Position numbers and translations under genes: made by a program. From assembly GCA_022707885.1 (NCBI GenBank), contig JAKIZT010000001.1, positions 2,990-66,989 on the forward strand: a stretch of DNA of 64,000 bases, in the 5' to 3' direction. Positions 51,777 through 58,312 of this stretch are shown here, one piece after another. The stretch's first letter is position 1. Each line of letters begins with the position of its first letter. This DNA is from Caldisericales bacterium (GTDB lineage Bacteria > Caldisericota > Caldisericia > JAAYUI01). A model generated the notes under the pieces. It made no database searches, was not told the origin of the DNA, and was given only the letters and a program-made list of their open reading frames with translations.

Positions 51777-51935
51777 TGAAAAATATTCTCTGGATAATCC
51801 TGGGAACACTCTCTGTTTCTGTAGTTTTGATCATTGGATTTGTTTTTGATTTGCTCGGATGGATGCTCTACTTGGTTTTTGGATTGGTAATCATTGGAAT
51901 CTACTGGCTCACCACTGGCAGAAAACAACAATAAG
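51777..51935 (+). CDS. Small membrane protein (52 aa, 2 predicted TM helices)
   Basis: MKNILWIILGTLSVSVVLIIGFVFDLLGWMLYLVFGLVIIGIYWLTTGRKQQ. A TAATG overlap couples it to the ligase gene. It is not in the ORF track because it is under 60 aa. Confidence 0.4.
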
Positions 51936-52058
51936 CAATTTTTTTCTTTATTAATTATTTATCTAATTTTCAAATACCAATAAACCAACAAGATATTGAT
52001 TTTATCAGGATCAAATAATCGCAGAAAAGTACAGCTTCTGGACGATTAGGCCAATTGT

Positions 52059-52067
52059 TGCTATAAT
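52059..52067 (+). promoter_or_regulatory. Extended -10 promoter element TGcTATAAT upstream of psd
   Basis: Read directly in the AT-rich intergenic region about 30 bp upstream of the psd start. Confidence 0.35.
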
Positions 52068-52092
52068 CCCAAAGATTCTATTTTTCCTGGAG

Positions 52093-52821
52093 GTGCAAGT
52101 GATTTACTGGATTTTGGGCGTTATTGTGGTGCTAATTGGCCTAAACTTTCTTTACCAGCACTGGAAAAGAAACGTCTGGTTCTTCAGGGACCCACCAAGA
52201 ACTTCTCTTGGAGATTCATCTGTCATTGTCTCGCCGTGCGACGGAATGCTCATGTATGTAAAAAAGATCGAAAACGGCCAGGTCGAGTGCGAAAAACTCG
52301 GCACAAAAATAAAGGTTGAGGAAATCTCCAAGTCTGAGGACAAGCCACAAAAAGGGCTTCTTTTTGGAATATACATGTCACCCTTTGATGTCCATTTCAA
52401 CTACACGCCAATATCAGGGAAAGTCACAAAAGTTGTCCACACACAGGCAAAGCTGAATCTGCCGATGGTCGATCTCTGGGAGTACATTCAGTTTTGCTGG
52501 CTCCGCAGGGCAGTAAATCTTCTTGGGGCAAAATACCAGCTTGTGAATGAAAGAAACACCATATTTATAGAGGGTGCCATAAAAATGGCCATGGTCGAGA
52601 TTGCCGACAAGGTAGTCAACAAGATAGACTGTTTCGTATCAGAGAACGATTACATCAACCAGGGACAAAAAGTCAGCTTTATCAAAAGGGGTTCTCAGGT
52701 TGATCTTGTTCTGTGGGGGGATGATTATGATGTTCTTGTTCAGCCTGGTCTTCATGTGACTGGTGCTGAAACTGTCCTTGCGAGGGTTGGTCACCAGACT
52801 GACCATGGTGCGGAGGCCTGA
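52093..52821 (+). CDS. psd: Phosphatidylserine decarboxylase family proenzyme (short form)
   Basis: An N-terminal TM helix is followed by a PSD-like body with a probable self-cleavage site at KRGSQ. The start is GTG 52093 or 52099. Confidence 0.65.
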   Translation: MQVIYWILGVIVVLIGLNFLYQHWKRNVWFFRDPPRTSLGDSSVIVSPCDGMLMYVKKIENGQVECEKLGTKIKVEEISKSEDKPQKGLLFGIYMSPFDVHFNYTPISGKVTKVVHTQAKLNLPMVDLWEYIQFCWLRRAVNLLGAKYQLVNERNTIFIEGAIKMAMVEIADKVVNKIDCFVSENDYINQGQKVSFIKRGSQVDLVLWGDDYDVLVQPGLHVTGAETVLARVGHQTDHGAEA

Positions 52822-53740
52822 TACCCGGTTTATCTTTCTTTTTTTTCTTCCTGGTTTTTGCCAGCTCTGCATTTTCAAAGCTGATTCTTGCTCTTTCGGC
52901 TTTTTGCTCTGACATCTTCTCATACGAGCCGATCGCAGGGATCCACTCGCCATGGTAATTTCTTGATATTTCCTCTATCTTGACCGTTACGATAGACACT
53001 TCTGGGCCTGTCACTGTTGCAGTCCTGGCAAACGGGTTTACGCTTTGGACTTTGCATTCCTGGCCTGAATAAAGCACTGTTTCCCCATCTTCAGGAAAAT
53101 CCTGGAGTGCTTCTTTGTATGTGTCCACTTCATATTTCAGGCAACACATCAGTTTTCCGCACATTCCAGTTTTCTTTTGTGGGTTAATGTCAAGCCTCTG
53201 GCACTTCGCATCCTTGATGGTGACCGACTCTTTTGAATTCAGGAAAGTCGCGCAACAAAAAACTTTGTTGCACGGGCCAATCCCTCCAAACAGCCTGGTT
53301 TCATCTCTTTGTCCAATCTGCCACAGCTCAACTTTAATATGAAGCTTTTTAGACAGCTCCCTGACAAACTCCCTGAAATCGATTCTCTTTTCAGCCATGA
53401 AGTACAAAGTCACCTTTGACCTGTCGAGGTTGTAGCAGGCGACAACAAACTGCATCTGGAGGTTCATCGAGTCGGTAAGTTTCTGGGCCTCAACCCTGGC
53501 AACATTCTCCAGGGCCATATTTTCATGGAACCTTATAAGGTCAAGCGCAGTTGCCCTGCGGAGCAATTTTTTGAGCCCTGCCGTATTTTCCACTTTTTGT
53601 GTTGTGTACGTCACATGCCCGATATCAATGCCTTTTTCAGTAAGGGCAACCACAGCATCTCCGGGCCTTAGTCCGATCTCGTCTGTAAGAAAGTGGTATA
53701 CCTTGTTGCTTCCCCTGAATTTTATGCCAACGACGTCCAT
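52682..53740 (-). CDS. ricT: RicT/YaaT (PSP1 C-terminal domain) protein
   Basis: Matches B. subtilis YaaT along its length (VVGIKFRGSNKVYHF...GIGPCNKVFCCATFL...CGKLMCCLKYE). The likely start is MDVVG (53740). A low-complexity K-rich and H/Q-rich C-terminal tail follows. Confidence 0.85.
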   Translation of the reverse strand: MDVVGIKFRGSNKVYHFLTDEIGLRPGDAVVALTEKGIDIGHVTYTTQKVENTAGLKKLLRRATALDLIRFHENMALENVARVEAQKLTDSMNLQMQFVVACYNLDRSKVTLYFMAEKRIDFREFVRELSKKLHIKVELWQIGQRDETRLFGGIGPCNKVFCCATFLNSKESVTIKDAKCQRLDINPQKKTGMCGKLMCCLKYEVDTYKEALQDFPEDGETVLYSGQECKVQSVNPFARTATVTGPEVSIVTVKIEEISRNYHGEWIPAIGSYEKMSEQKAERARISFENAELAKTRKKKKKDKPGIRPPHHGQSGDQPSQGQFQHQSHEDQAEQEHHNHPPTEQDQPENPF

Positions 53741-54675
53741 GCCTTCAGGAATATTGCCTGAGTCAACGTCGTTTTTTTCGATTGTGTCTTCCATAACCTT
53801 TCCGTTTCTGCGAGGGCCCTCTCAATTGTTTGCAGCCTCTCTTGAGGCATATTGGCAATTTTTGGAACAGCCTTCTCAAGGAATGCACCATCAATATGGA
53901 TTCCATGTTTCAGAAGGACCGCCCTATGGAGAACTTCTCGCACCAAGTGCAAAATATATTCGAGATTTTCATCATCTTCAAGAACAGTAAGCAAAGGGAG
54001 AACAGTACCCTCGCCAAAACTTGTCATTATTTGAAGCAGTTGTTCAGTTTTCTCTGTGTTTTCCGCCATCCACGCGCTGAGTGAGATGTCGCCCAGAAAA
54101 CTTTCAGACTCCTTTTTTGCAATTTCTTCTGCAAGACCTTTTTCAACAAGCAGGGCGGCAGAAGGACCGGCGGGGAGAGGTGGCAGCCTCAAAACAATTG
54201 ACCTTGACTGGATTGTTGGCAATATCTCGTCAAGACTCTCCGAAAGGAGAACATTTGTGCAGTTTGGCTTTCCATCCTCAAGGAGCTTGAGCAGGGCATT
54301 TTGAGCCTCAATCGTCATGGAGTGTGCATTTTTGAGGATATTAACCCTGTACCTGGCATCATAATTGGATTCCATTGATTCCTGCTGGACTTGCCTTGCA
54401 AGACCTATTCCAAATCTTGCATCGCCAGGATCATAAACCTTCACGTCAGGATGCGTTTGCGCTTCAATCATTCTGCATGAGTGACAGACACCACAAAAAT
54501 CAGAATCTTGCTTCTCACAGTTTAGCATTTTTGCAAATGCCTTCGCCAAAATGGAGGCGCCCCTCGATTCTGTTCCGACAAATATATAACTTGCGGAGAC
54601 TCTCCGTGAAGCTATATGGTTTCTGAAACGTTCGATAAAAAACGGCTGTATGGGTAAATCTGAAAGACCCATCAC
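53722..54675 (-). CDS. holB: DNA polymerase III subunit delta'
   Basis: A Walker-like segment (YIFVGTESRGASILAKAFAKMLNC) and a Zn-binding CxxC cluster (CGVCHSC) are present in a 317-aa protein. Confidence 0.8.
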   Translation of the reverse strand: MMGLSDLPIQPFFIERFRNHIASRRVSASYIFVGTESRGASILAKAFAKMLNCEKQDSDFCGVCHSCRMIEAQTHPDVKVYDPGDARFGIGLARQVQQESMESNYDARYRVNILKNAHSMTIEAQNALLKLLEDGKPNCTNVLLSESLDEILPTIQSRSIVLRLPPLPAGPSAALLVEKGLAEEIAKKESESFLGDISLSAWMAENTEKTEQLLQIMTSFGEGTVLPLLTVLEDDENLEYILHLVREVLHRAVLLKHGIHIDGAFLEKAVPKIANMPQERLQTIERALAETERLWKTQSKKTTLTQAIFLKAWTSLA

Positions 54676-55001
54676 AGCATGTGGAACTCTTCGACAGGAA
54701 GTACAAATATCTTTGCGCCACCAACTGTAACTTTCACCGGGAACGAAAGCGGAGGCATCCCTTCCATTGGGACAAATGGCAAGGCATTTATATATCTATC
54801 TCTTGCGACACATGTTTTCTGGAAAATCTGGAGGACCTTTGGTACGTGAGCATCTTCAACGCCAATCAGAAGGACAAGGTTGCCCTCTTCAAGGAAACCA
54901 CCAATACCTCTTAGCTTCGTTATTTTGTAGCCGTTCTGGAGAAGTTCTGCAGTTGCTTCGTTTGCATCTTCCTGCTGGATTATTGCGGCAATAAGTTTCA
55001 T
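54672..55001 (-). CDS. darA: Cyclic-di-AMP receptor DarA (PII-like, YaaQ/DUF970)
   Basis: MKLIAAIIQQEDANEATAELLQNGYKITKLRGIGGFLEEGN... aligns closely with B. subtilis YaaQ. The position between tmk and holB is conserved. Confidence 0.85.
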   Translation of the reverse strand: MKLIAAIIQQEDANEATAELLQNGYKITKLRGIGGFLEEGNLVLLIGVEDAHVPKVLQIFQKTCVARDRYINALPFVPMEGMPPLSFPVKVTVGGAKIFVLPVEEFHML

Positions 55002-55600
55002 TTTTCCTCCTTGAGCAACCACGAAACCTTTTCCCAGACTGAGAGGAAGACTTCTTTTTCGCTCCTGCCAGCTTCAATTAGGAAAGTGTTTGGGGTCTCT
55101 CCTGATTTTTTTATAAATCCTTCCCTCACCTTTTCCTGCAGGGAAGTGTTCTCAAACCTGTTAGCATTTTGAACTCTTTTGAGGGCTGTGTCAACTGCGA
55201 TATCAAACACCAGAGTTACGTCTGGGACAAGTCCTCCCAGCCCTCTGCTGTTTATTTCGTTTATCCATTCTTCACCAAGCCCCCTGGCGATCCCCTGATA
55301 GACCAGCGAGGACATAAGAAACCTGTCACAAAGGACTATTTTGCCTTCGCCAATGGCAGGACGCACAATCTCCCTGATATGGACGGCCCTGTCAAAAGCA
55401 AAAAGGAGTGCCTCTGAAACTGCGTCAAGGTCTCTTTCTATGAGGAATTCCCTTACGCTCCTGCCAACTGAATTGTCACCTGGCTCATAGGTCATGATGC
55501 AATCATGCCCCATATCTGTGAGTTTTTTGTGAAGGAGTTTTATCTGGGTGGTTTTTCCTGCGCCATCAACACCCTCAAAAACAATGAATTTGCCACTCAC
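54998..55600 (-). CDS. tmk: Thymidylate kinase
   Basis: The P-loop FIVFEGVDGAGKTTQ and the DRF/DRY motif are present in a 200-aa protein. Confidence 0.9.
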   Translation of the reverse strand: MSGKFIVFEGVDGAGKTTQIKLLHKKLTDMGHDCIMTYEPGDNSVGRSVREFLIERDLDAVSEALLFAFDRAVHIREIVRPAIGEGKIVLCDRFLMSSLVYQGIARGLGEEWINEINSRGLGGLVPDVTLVFDIAVDTALKRVQNANRFENTSLQEKVREGFIKKSGETPNTFLIEAGRSEKEVFLSVWEKVSWLLKEEK

Positions 55601-58305
55601 GGGTACACCGTGTATGACCTTGAGTACTCGGCCACCCTTCCACCCGCATCATTGTAGAGAATAAAGAGAAGATTGTAGGTTTTGGCCGTTCTTGGAGCCC
55701 AGACAATCGACCACGGGAAGCTCGTTGCCGTGTCCACCTGGACACCATCAACATACATCGTTACCCAGCTGACACCTTCGTAATTGAAAACGTAGTCAAA
55801 CCTGACAAACTCCCCAACCGAGGCCGAGGCCTGGCTTGGGGAAACAAAAAAGTACCTCGGCTCCGGTTCGGGTTGAGGTTCGGGCTCAGGCTCTGGCTGT
55901 GGTTCCGGTTCGGGTTGGGGTTGCGGCTCAGGATTTGGTTTGTCAATTGGCGGTTTTGTGCCAGGAGTTGTATCTTTTCCTCCATTGGCAGGCTTCTCGG
56001 CGGAAGGCTTCTTGGTGGGTGGCTTCTGAGTGTCTTTTCCCGAAGACTGTTTTTCTTCGTCGGTCTGTTTGTCCTGTTCTTCAGGCTTCTTGTCCTCAGG
56101 CTTTTTGTGGACTTCGCAAAACTTTTTTGGTTCCTTGCCAAGCTCGAATTCAACTTTCTCTTTCTCGGGACAATATTGGTTGGCCAGGAGCTTGGTTTCT
56201 TTGCATATCGTTACAAAAATTTTCTTTGGGTGTCTTATTTCGCATTTCTCACTGGGCATCTTGCTCTTTCTCACGAGCATGTAATAACCCGGGCATGTGT
56301 CATTTGCTATAAGACCAGTTTCCTCACAGACCCTCACTCTAATGTAATCATCAGGGTTCTTGTCCACCCAGTCTTTTATCTTCCTGCCCTTGGAGTACAT
56401 CGAAATAAACTCTTTCCAGATGCGCGCTGAATACTTGGAACCATAGTTGGAAACAAAAGAAAGGTCGACCTCTCTGGAATCGGAACCAAGGTAAACCGAA
56501 GCTGAAATTTCAGGGGTGAATCCAACAAACCAGCCGTCCCTGAAAGAGCCTGTTGTTCCTGTTTTGCCAGCGCACGGGACGCCAGGCACTTTGGCCGACA
56601 TTCCAGTGCCTCGCTCAACAACATTCTTTAGCATCGAGATCATGTCGTATGCTGTCGGTTCATCGATTGCCCTGGTTGGTTGCACATAGGCAGGATCAAT
56701 GGTCTTGCCCGTTTTTCTGTTCTCTATCCTCTTGATGGCGATCGGTGGTATGTGGGTTCCATAGTTTGAAATAGTCTGCCCGACAGAAGCCATCTCGATG
56801 GGTTTGACCTCTACATAGCCAATGGCAATGGATGGCACGGCAAGCAATTTTGATGTGCTGATGCCCATTTTTTTCGCTGTTGCGACAACATTGCCAAGCC
56901 CAACCTTCAGGGCTGCCCTTATCGCACAGATGTTGCTTGATTCCTGGAGAGCATATTTGACTGTTACAGTCCCAAAATATCCCCTGAACCATTCCTTTGG
57001 TTGCCAGTCGCCAATCGAAATCGGGCTGGAGCGGACCAGGCTTGATGGTGAAAGGACGCCATGCTGGAGCGCTGCGCTGTAAACGAGTATTTTGAATGAA
57101 GAGCCAGGCTGTCTCAGTGCCGTGCACCTGTTGTACTGGGTGTTCTTGTAGTCCCTTCCACCAACCATTGCCTGTATCTGGCCAGTATCGGCATCAATGG
57201 CGCAAAGGGCCACCTGTGGCTGTTCAACCCCGAGTTTGTCTTTCTGGATCTTGCCGAAATCACCGGCTTTTATGGCCTCTCCGAGAACCTTGTCAATGGC
57301 CTGAACAGCATACTTCTGACAGTCCTGGTTTATGGTTGTGTATATGTCCAGGCCACCTTTTTTGATCGGGAACTCTCCGAGCTTGTCATATAACTCATCT
57401 TTGACGTAATCTATGAAATAGCCAAGGGAATCGCCAGCTTTGAGCTGGATGGAATATGGCTGAAAATTAAGCTTCTCCTTTGATGCCTTTTCCATCTGGA
57501 CATCTGTTATGAAGCCATTTTTGGCCATCTTCTCAAGGACAATCTTCTGGGCTTTTTTAGCTTCTGCAAGATTGTCGTAGGGGTTGTTGAACGACGGCGA
57601 AGACAAAACGCCCGCAAGCATGGATGACTGGGCAAGCGTAAGGCTTTTGGCGGAAATGCCAAAATATCTCTTTGCTGCAGATTCTATCCCATAAGCCCTT
57701 GAACCAAAATAAACCTGGTTCAGGTAAAACTCGAGGATTTCATTTTTTGAATAGGCTTGCTCGATTTTTCGTGCCAGCAGCAACTCCTTCAGCTTTCTTG
57801 TAAAAGTCCTTTCATTTGAAAGGGTTTTCCCGGTTCCAAGGTACATGTTTCTGGCAAGCTGCTGGGTTATGGTTGAACCACCTTCAGATGCTTCGCGCGT
57901 CTGGACATTTTTGAAAAACGCCCTCAGTGTGGCCCTCATGTCAAAACCCTTGTGATAATAAAACCTCACATCTTCAGATGCGATGATTGCCTTTCTGGCC
58001 CATTCGGAGATTTGTTCGAGCGGGACATATATTCTGTCCTCATCGCCATGGAACTCATGGATAAGGTTTCCCTCGGCATCAAAGATCCTGTTCGTTTCGT
58101 TTACGGTCTCATGGGGATTTGGCGGTTTGTGGTTCTTCGGGTCAAGGATTGTGGGCAGCCATCTGACATCATAATCTGAAACAATGAACGCAAGATAGAA
58201 AGCCGCAGAAAAAACTGCCACCATAATGAGGAGCACAAGAAAAACCAGAAATGGGAACCCTCCAGGTTTTTTCGTACTTGTTCTTGGTAGTGGAACTGGG
58301 AGCAT
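55597..58305 (-). CDS. Class A penicillin-binding protein (glycosyltransferase GT51 plus transpeptidase) with extended C-terminal region
   Basis: GT51 motifs (EDVRFYYHKGFD; GGSTITQQLAR) and a transpeptidase SxxK region (GSSFK) are present. The C terminus carries Cys-motif repeats CxETGLxANxxCP, a (PE/PQ)n linker and a ~100-aa beta-rich end domain. Confidence 0.85.
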   Translation of the reverse strand: MLPVPLPRTSTKKPGGFPFLVFLVLLIMVAVFSAAFYLAFIVSDYDVRWLPTILDPKNHKPPNPHETVNETNRIFDAEGNLIHEFHGDEDRIYVPLEQISEWARKAIIASEDVRFYYHKGFDMRATLRAFFKNVQTREASEGGSTITQQLARNMYLGTGKTLSNERTFTRKLKELLLARKIEQAYSKNEILEFYLNQVYFGSRAYGIESAAKRYFGISAKSLTLAQSSMLAGVLSSPSFNNPYDNLAEAKKAQKIVLEKMAKNGFITDVQMEKASKEKLNFQPYSIQLKAGDSLGYFIDYVKDELYDKLGEFPIKKGGLDIYTTINQDCQKYAVQAIDKVLGEAIKAGDFGKIQKDKLGVEQPQVALCAIDADTGQIQAMVGGRDYKNTQYNRCTALRQPGSSFKILVYSAALQHGVLSPSSLVRSSPISIGDWQPKEWFRGYFGTVTVKYALQESSNICAIRAALKVGLGNVVATAKKMGISTSKLLAVPSIAIGYVEVKPIEMASVGQTISNYGTHIPPIAIKRIENRKTGKTIDPAYVQPTRAIDEPTAYDMISMLKNVVERGTGMSAKVPGVPCAGKTGTTGSFRDGWFVGFTPEISASVYLGSDSREVDLSFVSNYGSKYSARIWKEFISMYSKGRKIKDWVDKNPDDYIRVRVCEETGLIANDTCPGYYMLVRKSKMPSEKCEIRHPKKIFVTICKETKLLANQYCPEKEKVEFELGKEPKKFCEVHKKPEDKKPEEQDKQTDEEKQSSGKDTQKPPTKKPSAEKPANGGKDTTPGTKPPIDKPNPEPQPQPEPEPQPEPEPEPQPEPEPRYFFVSPSQASASVGEFVRFDYVFNYEGVSWVTMYVDGVQVDTATSFPWSIVWAPRTAKTYNLLFILYNDAGGRVAEYSRSYTVYP
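55858..55935. repeat. Imperfect tandem hexanucleotide repeat (GGTTCG/GGCTCn) encoding the PEPEPQ linker of the PBP
   Basis: Plus-strand ggttcgggttgaggttcgggctcaggctctggctgtggttccggttcgggttggggttgcggctcagg, read directly. Confidence 0.6.
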
Positions 58306-58312
58306 CGCCAGC

